This document shows, piece by piece, positions 8,239 through 17,773 of a stretch of DNA of 21,824 nucleotides. The stretch spans positions 1 through 21,824 of the forward strand of contig CAZBPC010000055.1 of assembly GCA_964493715.1 (NCBI GenBank), read 5' to 3'. The position numbers and the translations under genes are program-made. Within the stretch, counting starts at the first letter, position 1; each line of letters opens with the position of its first letter. The DNA is from an uncultured archaeon. Lineage in GTDB: Archaea > Asgardarchaeota > Lokiarchaeia > Sigyniarchaeales > SOKP01. The notes below the pieces were generated by a model. It saw only the letters and a list, made by a program, of their open reading frames with translations. It was not told where the DNA came from and made no database searches.

Positions 8239-9420
8239 TTGGATTTTTCATTAACCGAAGAACAAAAAGCTCTTCAGCAAAAAGCACGGAATTTTGCAAT
8301 AAATGAAGTTTTACCAGTTGCGAAGAAGTATGATGAGTCTGAAGAATTTCCAATGCCCGTTATTAAAAAAGCCTGGGAAGAAGGATTATTAAATTTAGGT
8401 ATTCCAAAACAATATGGTGGTCTTGGATATGGTTTAATTGAATCTTGCATCGTTGTGGAAGAAATATCTTCTGCATGCCCTGGCATGGCTACTTCAATAT
8501 TTGATAATAATCTCGGAGCGGAACCAATAATTATAGGGGGCAATGAAGAACAAAAAACTCGAATATTAGGAGAACTCATAAAGGAATTTAAATTGATAGC
8601 ATTCGCGACTTCAGAACCTACTATGGGTTCTGATGTGGCAGGAATGAAATGTAAAGCAGAAAAAGATGGTGACGAATACATCCTTAATGGAGCTAAGTTT
8701 TGGATCACAAATGGTGGTTTTGCAGATTATATAACCGTTTTTGCAACGGAAGATCCTGAGAAAAAGCATAAAGGTATAGCAGCTTTCATAGTTGACACTA
8801 AAGCAGAAGGAGTAAAACTTGGGAAACATATTCCTAAACTTGGTCAAAGAGCATCAAATACCGTAGCCGTTTCACTTAAAAATGTAAGAATTCCTAAAGA
8901 TAACGTATTAGCAAAACCTGGTAGGGGTTTTGTTGTTGCAATGCAAACTTTCGCTCATACTCGACCTGCGATAGGAGCCTTCGCGGTCGGGTGTGCTCGC
9001 TCAGCCATGGAATATTCTATTGATTATGCTCAAAAAAGAGAAGCTTTTGGTAGACCAATTAGCAATTATCAAGCTATCCAACAAAAGATAGCAGATATGT
9101 ACAAGGATATCGAAGCAGCGAGATTACTAACATATAAAGCAGCGTGGGAAGCAGATCAAGGGCTCGATAATAACATGAGTTCAGCAGTTGCCAAAGCTTT
9201 TGCGTCTGATGTTGCAATGAGGGTGACCACCGAAGCGATTCAAGTTTATGGGGGTTATGGATATTTAAGGACTTACCCCGTTGAAAAACTCTTTAGAGAT
9301 GCGAAACTTTACCAAATTTATGAGGGAACTAGTGAAATACAAAGAATTGTCATATCTCGTTTTGCACTTAAAGGATACAAACATGCAATGCCTAGTGTAT
9401 TCAAAAGAGATAGAGTTTAA
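8239..9420 (+). CDS. Acyl-CoA dehydrogenase (short-chain/butyryl-CoA-like), TTG start
   Basis: FATSEPTMGSDV, LNGAKFWITNG, REAFGRPI, QVYGGYGY, FRDAKLYQIYEGTSEIQR (catalytic Glu); GGAGG at 8225-8229 inside the fprA 3' end. Confidence 0.95.
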   Translation: MDFSLTEEQKALQQKARNFAINEVLPVAKKYDESEEFPMPVIKKAWEEGLLNLGIPKQYGGLGYGLIESCIVVEEISSACPGMATSIFDNNLGAEPIIIGGNEEQKTRILGELIKEFKLIAFATSEPTMGSDVAGMKCKAEKDGDEYILNGAKFWITNGGFADYITVFATEDPEKKHKGIAAFIVDTKAEGVKLGKHIPKLGQRASNTVAVSLKNVRIPKDNVLAKPGRGFVVAMQTFAHTRPAIGAFAVGCARSAMEYSIDYAQKREAFGRPISNYQAIQQKIADMYKDIEAARLLTYKAAWEADQGLDNNMSSAVAKAFASDVAMRVTTEAIQVYGGYGYLRTYPVEKLFRDAKLYQIYEGTSEIQRIVISRFALKGYKHAMPSVFKRDRV

Positions 9421-9539
9421 ATCTGTCTTCTAAAAATTTAATTTTTCTTTTTATTAAAATACATCATTTTGAATTGTTTTTGATTATTTTTATACCCTTG
9501 ATAATCTAAATAATAAAAAAAAGAAAAGAGTTTTAAAAT

Positions 9540-9932
9540 TTATTCTGTTCCTTTCCAGAGTCCATGTAGATTACAATATTCACGCGCTACCAAATTTGAG
9601 GTATCTGCGACAACAAAAGTTGCCTTAGGTTGCATTCCTGGTGCTAACATTTGCCGTTTATAACAATTATCTTTACAAATTAGTTCAATCCACATGATAT
9701 AATGTTCTGTTGTCATTGGATGAGGAGTTCCCATTGAAATTCCAACATCAACGGTGACTTTATTACCTGCAATCGTGATCTTGGGAACATGTTTTTCTCC
9801 CTTCCAATCAGCAGTTTTTTCTTCTTGTAAAACCATGGGTTGACTACAGCATATTGTTACAGGAGCAGCTGGATTAAGAATTTCTATTACTTTTCCGCAA
9901 ACATTGCACTTATATATTTCCTTTTGTTTCAT
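9540..9932 (-). CDS. dfx: Desulfoferrodoxin (2Fe superoxide reductase)
   Basis: N-terminal CNVCG...CC desulforedoxin site; EKHVP, HPMTTEHYI and CNLHGLW centre II ligands. Confidence 0.96.
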   Translation of the reverse strand: MKQKEIYKCNVCGKVIEILNPAAPVTICCSQPMVLQEEKTADWKGEKHVPKITIAGNKVTVDVGISMGTPHPMTTEHYIMWIELICKDNCYKRQMLAPGMQPKATFVVADTSNLVAREYCNLHGLWKGTE

Positions 9933-10055
9933 AATTCTTCACGAATTTCATTTAGAAGCTTTTCCTTGTAAGAATTGATTTCTTATTATTTAATCATTTT
10001 GCTTAAATTTTATAAAAAAACCAGAGAAAAATAAGAAAAAAAAATATGTAATTCT

Positions 10056-10634
10056 CTAAAAATCTTCACATTTCTTTCTAAAGTAGGATCTATTATGATC
10101 ACAACTTGGACATTTCCAGTTTTCTGGTAAGTGATCCATCTCAATTTCGTAGCCGCATTCAAGGCATACCCACACGATCTTTTTATCCCGTTTGAAAAAT
10201 GCATCATCACCGATTATCTTTAATAGTTTTCCATATCGCTCAGCATGATGTTGTTCAGCTCTCGCAATAGCTCGTGCTCGTTTAGCAATATCGGGATATC
10301 CTTCTTTTTCAGCAATTTTTGCTAAATCTGGATATAGGTGTTGCCATTCCATGTTTTCTCCCTCAACAGCAGATTTTAAATTTTCTATGGTCGTTCCATA
10401 CGTGCTAGGGTAATCTTCGCAAACGTTGAATGGTCCATCCTTGTCTTTAAACTGTTGAAACATTTTATAGAAATTTAACCCGTGTTCTCTCTCTTGATTA
10501 GCTGTTTCTTCGAATATGTGAGAAACCAAAACATAACCTTCTTTCTTTGCTATGGAAGAGAAGAATGTATACCTGTTGCGGGCTTGACTCTCCCCAACAT
10601 AAGCCGCAAATAACTTTTTTTGTGTTTCCTTCAT
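10056..10634 (-). CDS. rbr: Rubrerythrin
   Basis: GESQARNRY, ETANQEREH, EGENME, AEQHH di-iron ligands plus C-terminal CLECG...CPSC. Confidence 0.96.
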   Translation of the reverse strand: MKETQKKLFAAYVGESQARNRYTFFSSIAKKEGYVLVSHIFEETANQEREHGLNFYKMFQQFKDKDGPFNVCEDYPSTYGTTIENLKSAVEGENMEWQHLYPDLAKIAEKEGYPDIAKRARAIARAEQHHAERYGKLLKIIGDDAFFKRDKKIVWVCLECGYEIEMDHLPENWKCPSCDHNRSYFRKKCEDF

Positions 10635-10749
10635 GATTTTTACCTCTTTAAATCAATTTTTAATGAATTTGGTAATAATAATCAAATGGATATTTTAACT
10701 TTTTTTACTTAAAAATAAAATTAAAGATAAAAAAAGACTTATTTCAAAA

Positions 10750-13155
10750 CTACTGATACTCAGTCAAGACAGGTATCACTGGAAATCCCTTACGATGCCA
10801 AGCAATCATTCCACCCGTCAAGTTTCTTACATCCTTGAATCCTGCTCTTACCATTAACTGGGAGGCCATCATTGAACGAGATCCACTATGACATATGACT
10901 ACTATCTCTTCATCCTTATATTCATTTAAGTCATCCATGTTGTTCATTAAATCTCCAAGTGGAATTAATTTTGAGCCTTGTACGTGACCTGTCCTTCCGT
11001 GATATTCTTGAGGAGTTCTTACATCTATTAAAATTGCTGGAGCATCATTCGTGTCAAGTCTTTCATGTAATTCTTCGGCATCGATTTGAGAAAGAGCCGG
11101 TGCGTTGGGACCTCTTCGATCTTTTCTTGATTTCTTTTTAATTTCAACGGGGGCTTTCATTTCTTCTACTTCAAGCTTTCCTTTCTCTAAAACTGCTAAC
11201 AGTTTCCCACCTTCTTTTCCAAGTGACAATAAATGAACCGAATCATTAAGTTTTGAATAAGCTTCAACGCTAGATTTAAAACCGGGGTCAGTAGCAAAAA
11301 TTTTTAACTTCTTATTTTCAGGCAATGATTCCAAGCCCTTGATTAACGCGTTCAATGGCCCTGGGCATGAAAGTCCACAGGCATCAACTTCAATGAACTC
11401 ACTAGTTTCAACGGTTTTTGATTCCATCATTTCTTCTATTAACTCTTCCGAAGGTCCGCATGCCGCAGCAATTTCTTCCGTTGTCATTCTTGCTATTTCA
11501 AACGTCTTATATCCTCCAGTAAGGTTATATACTTTTTTATAACCATTTTGCATTAAAAGCCTGGTTGCTAAATACCCACGAAATCCGACTTCACAGAAAA
11601 CGTAGATAGATTTATCCTTAGGAATCTCATCCAAGCGACTTCTCAGTTCTAAATCATTAATGTTACGAGCATTTTCAATAGTACCAATCTCGAATTCTTC
11701 GGGAGTTCTAACATCAAGCAGGAAGCTATTATTCTTCATTATATTTTCCAAGTCATGCCAATGCCAAATAGGCATGTCACCTCTCAGCACGTTCGATGCA
11801 ACAAAACCGGCCATGTTGATCGGATCTTTAGCTGATCCATAAGGGGGTGCATAAGCAAGTTCTAATTCCTCTAAATCAAATACAGTTCCTTGAAACTTAA
11901 TAACAGTCGAGATGACATCAATCCTTTTTTCTGTACCAGTACCTCCAACTGCTTGAACTCCTAAAATTTTTCCAGTTGGAACTTCAAATATTAATTTCAT
12001 AGCAATTGGAAATGCTCCCGGATAATATCCGGCATGATTATTTGGATGGATATATACCTTTTCATAGTTATATTTTAAATCCTTCACTTGTCGTTCGTTT
12101 AATCCAACAAAAGCTACGGTTAGGTCAAAAACTTTTAACACCGACGCTCCTAACACTCCTTTGTATATCGAGTCTCGCCCAGCAATGTTATCAGCAGCAA
12201 TCCTTCCTTGTTTATTTGCTGGACCTGCAAGTGGAATAGCTGTAAAGTCTTGTGTTTGTAACTGTTTCACTTGAACAGCATCTCCCACAGCATAAATATA
12301 CTGATCTGAAGTAAGCATGTGTTCATTTACCATAACATGCCCTTTTGGTCCAATTTCTAATCCCGCGTCTTTCGCTAGTTTACTTTCTGGTTTAACTCCA
12401 ATAGCTAGTATTATCATATCAGTCTGTATCTTCTTTCCACTTTTTGGTATCACGAAATTACAATGATTTTCATCACAATTAAAAGAATCTACGGGATCCC
12501 CCAGTTGAAGACATACTCCATTTAGAATCAATTCTTGGTGAACAAATTGTGCCATTTCTTTATCAAGCGGAGACAAAACTTGGTCTAACATTTCTACAAT
12601 CTTCACTCTTATGCCGCGTTCTCTTAGGTTTTCTGCCATTTCTAAACCTATATATCCTCCACCAATTATCGTGGCATGTTTTATATTACTTTTCTCAGCA
12701 AATTCCTTGATAGCCACTGAATCTGGAATTGTTCTCAAGGTAAAAGAAGGAACTTCTTCAAGTCCTTTAAAGGGGGGTACGATTGGTGAGGCTCCGGGTG
12801 AAAGTATTAGGAAATCGTAGTCTAAATTTAAAGTCTGACCTGTTTCTAAATCTTTTACATTAACAATTTTTTTATCCTTTTCAATCGAAATAGCTTCATG
12901 GTTGATTTTAATATTTATATTAAATCTATCCAAGAATGTCTCGGGAGTCATGAGTTCAAGTTGCTCGCGATATTTAATAATATGACCCACGTAATATGGA
13001 AGGCCACAGTTGGCGAATGAGACGTAAGATCCTTTTTCTATAACAATAATTTCGATATCTTCATTTAACCTCCTCAATCGGGCCGCTGCTGATGCTCCAC
13101 CAGCCACTCCACCTACAATAACTACTCTTTTCATGATATTTCCGACACTTCCCAT
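10750..13155 (-). CDS. CoA-disulfide/persulfide reductase fusion: CoADR + rhodanese + TusA(SirA) + rhodanese (start may be ATG 13134)
   Basis: IVGGVAGG, SFANCGLPY (redox Cys), GGGYIGLE, YAPPY; rhodanese LDVRTPEEF...FCEVGFRG; TusA VDACGLSCPGP...ATDPGF; second rhodanese IDVRTPQEY...ICHSGSRS...LTGGMIAW. Confidence 0.93.
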   Translation of the reverse strand: MGSVGNIMKRVVIVGGVAGGASAAARLRRLNEDIEIIVIEKGSYVSFANCGLPYYVGHIIKYREQLELMTPETFLDRFNINIKINHEAISIEKDKKIVNVKDLETGQTLNLDYDFLILSPGASPIVPPFKGLEEVPSFTLRTIPDSVAIKEFAEKSNIKHATIIGGGYIGLEMAENLRERGIRVKIVEMLDQVLSPLDKEMAQFVHQELILNGVCLQLGDPVDSFNCDENHCNFVIPKSGKKIQTDMIILAIGVKPESKLAKDAGLEIGPKGHVMVNEHMLTSDQYIYAVGDAVQVKQLQTQDFTAIPLAGPANKQGRIAADNIAGRDSIYKGVLGASVLKVFDLTVAFVGLNERQVKDLKYNYEKVYIHPNNHAGYYPGAFPIAMKLIFEVPTGKILGVQAVGGTGTEKRIDVISTVIKFQGTVFDLEELELAYAPPYGSAKDPINMAGFVASNVLRGDMPIWHWHDLENIMKNNSFLLDVRTPEEFEIGTIENARNINDLELRSRLDEIPKDKSIYVFCEVGFRGYLATRLLMQNGYKKVYNLTGGYKTFEIARMTTEEIAAACGPSEELIEEMMESKTVETSEFIEVDACGLSCPGPLNALIKGLESLPENKKLKIFATDPGFKSSVEAYSKLNDSVHLLSLGKEGGKLLAVLEKGKLEVEEMKAPVEIKKKSRKDRRGPNAPALSQIDAEELHERLDTNDAPAILIDVRTPQEYHGRTGHVQGSKLIPLGDLMNNMDDLNEYKDEEIVVICHSGSRSMMASQLMVRAGFKDVRNLTGGMIAWHRKGFPVIPVLTEYQ

Positions 13156-13361
13156 TTTTTAAGTTATGTGTGATTCATACACTACTTTTTAATTTGCAAT
13201 ATTAAATCTCCAATTTAAATCTCTTTATTATGAATTATGTATTAGATCTAATCTCAAACTATGAAGTGAAACAATTTAAAATTTGAAATTTATTTTTAAA
13301 AATCTTTTTTATAAATTAAATTTCGGTTGATTTATATTTCTTCAAAACCAATTAAATCCAT

Positions 13362-13892
13362 ATGGATGCTGAAAACAATTTAATTAAATTGATTAAATCA
13401 AGGAGAAGCATAAGAAATTTTGTTTATGAAAAAATAAGCAATGATACGATTAAAGAAATTCTCGAGTGTGGTCGTTGGGCCCCTTCTGCAAATAATTGTC
13501 AACCTTGGAAGGTATGTGTTGTAATTCATCCTACTGTGAAGAGAATGCTTGCAGAATTATCTAATGATGGTGGGATCATAGAAAATGCTTATGTAAATTT
13601 TGTTATATTTTTAGATGTTGAAAAAGGATCTGAACGAGTTAAAGATGTTCAATCATTAGGAGCCTTTATTCAAAATATTCTGTTAGGTGTTCAATCGAAG
13701 GGTTTAGGAGCTGTTTGGATCGGTGAAATTTTAAAAAACAAAGAACGAGTCAATGAAATATTTAAATTACCAATGGAAAAATTTGAACTGATGTGTGTCA
13801 TTGCCATGGGTGTTATCGATGAACCGGTGGCAAATCAAAAAATAAAAGAAAGAGAGAGATATCCTTTAGAGGATATTATAGAATTTTATTAA
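13362..13892 (+). CDS. Nitroreductase-family flavoprotein
   Basis: SRRSIRNF, WAPSANNCQPW, GLGAVWIG. Confidence 0.92.
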   Translation: MDAENNLIKLIKSRRSIRNFVYEKISNDTIKEILECGRWAPSANNCQPWKVCVVIHPTVKRMLAELSNDGGIIENAYVNFVIFLDVEKGSERVKDVQSLGAFIQNILLGVQSKGLGAVWIGEILKNKERVNEIFKLPMEKFELMCVIAMGVIDEPVANQKIKERERYPLEDIIEFY

Positions 13893-13901
13893 TCTATTGA
13901 G

Positions 13902-14594
13902 TTATTTCTTTTTCTCAAGCTTATTTTTTTTCATTTCTTTGAATTCTTTAGAAAAAAATTCATTTCCATAATGAGAAAATAACACGGCTGTAGGATCATG
14001 CGGAGCTGATCGATCCTTTGCAATTAAGGTTGTAACAGGAGCTTCTGAAAGATGAGTAAAAGTTATATCATGCCCAACACATAATCCAACGATTACATTC
14101 ATCTCGGTTTCTGCTTCATTTAGTAGCAGAGCTTGCGCTGCTGGGTTACAAGTAATCCATCCTATGGTATACCCTGTTTTTGAGAACATGGTATATTCTT
14201 CAGGAATCCCTACTTCCGTTTTTTTTACTCCTCCAGTCTTACAGCAGGTTGAGATCACTTCAAAACCATAATTTTCAAGTATTTCCGCGACTCTCTTCAC
14301 TTCTCGAAGCATCCCTACACAAAAAGCAAGTCCCAATCTATTATATCCCATTCCTTTGGCATATTCTACAGTATCTTTTAAACGTGACCAATGAATATAT
14401 CCTCTTGCTTCCACGATGGATGCTACTGCCGTAGATTTCTTAATAAATTCATCGGAGTCATACAAATCTCTCGCCTCCTTTTCAATTTTAGGATAAATTT
14501 TCATTGGACAGTTTTCTAATATCTTACTTGCTCGACCTACTGCACAATATTTGATTCCATTGCATTTATGACAAGTTGGTGCATTCATCTTCAA
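13902..14594 (-). CDS. DUF1847-family Cys-rich putative metal-binding protein (start TTG 14594 or ATG 14588)
   Basis: N-terminal CxxC...C...C; LGLAFCVG, CCKTGG, CNPAAQA, GLCVGHD, TTLIAKDR motifs. Confidence 0.85.
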   Translation of the reverse strand: MKMNAPTCHKCNGIKYCAVGRASKILENCPMKIYPKIEKEARDLYDSDEFIKKSTAVASIVEARGYIHWSRLKDTVEYAKGMGYNRLGLAFCVGMLREVKRVAEILENYGFEVISTCCKTGGVKKTEVGIPEEYTMFSKTGYTIGWITCNPAAQALLLNEAETEMNVIVGLCVGHDITFTHLSEAPVTTLIAKDRSAPHDPTAVLFSHYGNEFFSKEFKEMKKNKLEKKK

Positions 14595-14642
14595 TCTTCC
14601 ATATCATTTCATCAGATTATAATGATAGTGAGCATTTCTAAC

Positions 14643-14651
14643 TTATATAAA
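14643..14651 (-). promoter_or_regulatory. TATA-box-like element in the divergent DUF1847/MFS intergenic region
   Basis: TTTATATAA on the minus strand about 50 nt upstream of the DUF1847 start; the AT-rich background lowers significance. Confidence 0.3.
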
Positions 14652-14662
14652 TATTTGGTATC

Positions 14663-15943
14663 GTGATTAAAATCGAAAACTCAGAGAAATTTACTAGCGA
14701 TTTCAAGTCAATGCTAAACATCGTGATTTTTAATACCATGGGCTTTTTTTTCTTGGACTTTTTAATACCTTACATAGCGAGCCAAGTATTAAATGCAACT
14801 GGTATTGAAATCGGATTAATTTTTTCGGTTCAAATATTTGGTTTTTTAATAAGTTCTTCATTTACAGGATTCATTACGGATAAGGTTAAATCGAGAAAAA
14901 GTTTGATCTTGCTTGGATCTCTTGGAAGGGGGTGTGGCTATTTCATACTTTATAGTGCCATCATTTTAAACTCATTAATTGGAATGAATATTGGGACTTT
15001 TTCAATAGGTTTTTTTGCGGGGTTTTTTTGGATACCCTTAGATACATTAATAGCTGAAAAATCTAACAAGATTCACCGATCTCATGCGTATGGAAGAAGA
15101 GAATCGGCTATAGGTAGGGGAATGCTCATTGGTTCAATCTTTGGATTTACTATTTTTGGGTTTGCAATTTCCTCAACTACTAATCCTTTTATTATCTATA
15201 TGGCAATACCATTGTTTGGAATCGCAAATTTTTATGCAGGGATTCGATTCTATCGCAATGTTGATGAACGCATTAAATTCAATCAAGAAATGATTAGAGA
15301 AACAGAAAATAAGGATATATTAACTAAGATACCAAAAAGAATGATACTTGGGATGATAATACTGATGATAGTTCTGATCCTAGCAAACATTAATGGCTCT
15401 ATTGGACGCCCTTTTTTTAATGTATATATTCTTGACGAAATCGTAAATGATCCGACCATTGCGATGATAGCTTTTATTCCAAGCGGTTTTGTTCCATTAT
15501 TTCTCTCTCCTAAAATTGGGAGTTTGGTGGATAAAGTCCATCCAGCATTAGGGATATCTCTCTCAAGTACACTAGGGTCTTTGGTGACTTGGTTTCTGAT
15601 TAATTCTCCAAATGTTATAATGTTTTCAATTCTCTACGTTTTAGATGTTACCATTGTATCTGTTGGAAATTTAGTTTTTCAGAATTTTCTAAGCAGAATT
15701 TCAATCAAAAGTAGAGGAAAAATACTCGGTTTAAGATCATTTTCATCCAATTTTGGAGGAATGATCGGACCAATTATAGGTGGACTCTTATGGGATAATT
15801 TAGGTCACAAAGCTCCATTTATTGTTTCTATTTTAGTGGAATTGACCCTCATTCCAATGTACATTTTAGCAGTCTATTCTTTAAAAAATTACTTGACTGA
15901 GACCTATGGAATTGATAAAAAAATTCAACTAGAAAATATATAA
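14663..15943 (+). CDS. MFS transporter
   Basis: 426 aa, about 12 TM helices; GFITDKVKSRK and GSLVDKV motif-A variants; GGMIGPIIGGLLWD. Confidence 0.88.
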   Translation: MIKIENSEKFTSDFKSMLNIVIFNTMGFFFLDFLIPYIASQVLNATGIEIGLIFSVQIFGFLISSSFTGFITDKVKSRKSLILLGSLGRGCGYFILYSAIILNSLIGMNIGTFSIGFFAGFFWIPLDTLIAEKSNKIHRSHAYGRRESAIGRGMLIGSIFGFTIFGFAISSTTNPFIIYMAIPLFGIANFYAGIRFYRNVDERIKFNQEMIRETENKDILTKIPKRMILGMIILMIVLILANINGSIGRPFFNVYILDEIVNDPTIAMIAFIPSGFVPLFLSPKIGSLVDKVHPALGISLSSTLGSLVTWFLINSPNVIMFSILYVLDVTIVSVGNLVFQNFLSRISIKSRGKILGLRSFSSNFGGMIGPIIGGLLWDNLGHKAPFIVSILVELTLIPMYILAVYSLKNYLTETYGIDKKIQLENI

Positions 15944-16022
15944 AAAGAAATTAAGTGAGTCATTTAAACAAATTTTTCTATTTATTAATAAAAAAAAATT
16001 TAGTGCCATTTGAGAATTAAAT

Positions 16023-16718
16023 CTAGAACCTTAAATGTATGACATTTGAGATGATGGGACCTATCCAATAATAAAAATTAATCCAGAATTGACTTGTCAA
16101 ACCTAAATATAAGAGCGCATATAATAAGCCGAAAAAGAATCCAAAAATAACATCTATCGGATAATGCACTCCTAGTATTAATCTGCAAATCGCCATTACA
16201 ACATCTAAGCTAAGAAAAATGAAAAATATTATCATATTATTAAAATAAAAGCTAAATATAAGCCCAAACAACAATAAGAAGGCCACGTGACCACTTGGAA
16301 AGGATTGTTTTTCTGATTCAGACATTAAGTAAGGAATTTTTATGAAATCATCATGTTTTTTAACTCCCTCTTTTTTCAATGTGATATATGGGCGATTTCG
16401 CTTGAAAATTTTATACTTAACAAGAGAATGAAATATGATTGATTGTTCAAATCCTCCAGTGAACAAAACGATGAGGTAATAATCTTTAGTAATATATCCA
16501 TAAATGACCCACATTAACCATACTAATCCCCAGAAGTAAAGAGTGCCAAAAAAGCTGAAAGTCTTCGCAAACAACATGCTTCGCTTGGAGAAATCACTTT
16601 TATAAACTGAAAGAAATGTCTTAGTGTCCCAATCTTCTAATTTTTGGAGATATTCTGTTAAAGCTGACATATAATCTTGATTAATGATATTCGTTTCTTT
16701 ATATAGCTTTTCCGACAA
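16023..16718 (-). CDS. PAP2-family membrane phosphatase
   Basis: KxxxxxxRP-like (FKRNRPY), SFPSGH, CRLILGVHYPID. Confidence 0.92.
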   Translation of the reverse strand: MSEKLYKETNIINQDYMSALTEYLQKLEDWDTKTFLSVYKSDFSKRSMLFAKTFSFFGTLYFWGLVWLMWVIYGYITKDYYLIVLFTGGFEQSIIFHSLVKYKIFKRNRPYITLKKEGVKKHDDFIKIPYLMSESEKQSFPSGHVAFLLLFGLIFSFYFNNMIIFFIFLSLDVVMAICRLILGVHYPIDVIFGFFFGLLYALLYLGLTSQFWINFYYWIGPIISNVIHLRF

Positions 16719-16923
16719 TATATAATATTGTTTGGTTGAACTTTTAATAATATAATGAGTATTATTTGGAGAGTTCTACCTACAATAAAGCAAGAACGGT
16801 CATTTTTAATTTCATATTAGTCAGAACTTTATGGATAGTATTATAAATCATTCAACAATAGAAATCATAAAAAGTATTAATATTATTGTTTATGAACTCA
16901 ATCTAGGATATAGAGGTAATTTT

Positions 16924-17568
16924 ATGCTATCTTTGATAAATAAAGATAAGATTCGTGCTGATAATCTTATCATAGTAGTAATAATATTAAGTATATTCGT
17001 CATTTTTATCATTATGGATAAAATTGTTATAACAGCTCTTTTTGTATACCCCATGATGGCATTTCTTACTCATGGCGTTATTTACTTATATAATGGTATC
17101 AAAAAAAAAGATAAAATGTTATTTCAAGTATTATTGGGGATGTGTGAAATTATTTTTTGCATGTTTATGCTTGGTTTAGTTCTCTTTCAACCTGCTGTAG
17201 GACTAAGTGGAATGCTTGTATTATTTGCTTATCCCCTAATTATCACGGGTTTTGCTGGATTAATAAAGGCTATATTAATTGACGTGTATACTTTACAATA
17301 TAGAGTAATAAATGGAATCCTTGGTATGGCAACAATTATTTTTTCTTTTAATGCAATTACATTTTCTGAAATTTGGACATTAGGCTATTTAGCAATAATA
17401 TTTGTATTACTAATACTAAATATAATCTTTCGATCCGCTCTCTATTTAAGCGAGTTTGGCCTATCTATAAAACATTTTGAAAATTTTAGAATTATTTTTT
17501 TAATTTGGGATGGATATTTTCTCAAACTTGAATCCAACGTAGAAGAATCCGATGAAAAGAATGTTTAG
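16924..17568 (+). CDS. Hypothetical integral membrane protein (about 6 TM; HdeD/DUF308-like pattern); likely start ATG 16924 rather than 16831
   Basis: Long hydrophobic stretches; GAGGT RBS-like element just upstream of 16924; family assignment is tentative. Confidence 0.6.
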   Translation: MLSLINKDKIRADNLIIVVIILSIFVIFIIMDKIVITALFVYPMMAFLTHGVIYLYNGIKKKDKMLFQVLLGMCEIIFCMFMLGLVLFQPAVGLSGMLVLFAYPLIITGFAGLIKAILIDVYTLQYRVINGILGMATIIFSFNAITFSEIWTLGYLAIIFVLLILNIIFRSALYLSEFGLSIKHFENFRIIFLIWDGYFLKLESNVEESDEKNV

Positions 17569-17773
17569 GATTTATGGGTAAGTTTTGAATCCACTTAAGG
17601 AAGTTAAAACCATTAGTATCAGTTAAGATTTCAGCATTATGCATTTAATCATCACCATAAATATCTCTAAATATTTAATAATAACATTTTTTTAATGTGA
17701 TAAATAATATAACAGACGGTTTCACTAATGTTTAGTATACAAATAATAAATATTAAAAAAAGGCGATTGAATT

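Noticed and set aside
17582-17612. Weak hairpin considered as a SECIS element or ncRNA
   Set aside because: Short AU-rich stem, no convincing SECIS core, and no in-frame TGA in any neighbouring gene
17733-17745. 13-bp match TAGTATACAAATA shared with the TA promoter (5646-5658)
   Set aside because: Matches of this length are expected by chance in 22 kb of AT-rich DNA, and the second half-site of the palindrome is absent
17768-17770. Readthrough of the in-frame TGA upstream of the aminotransferase
   Set aside because: An in-frame TAA at 17747-17749 lies just upstream with no start codon in between
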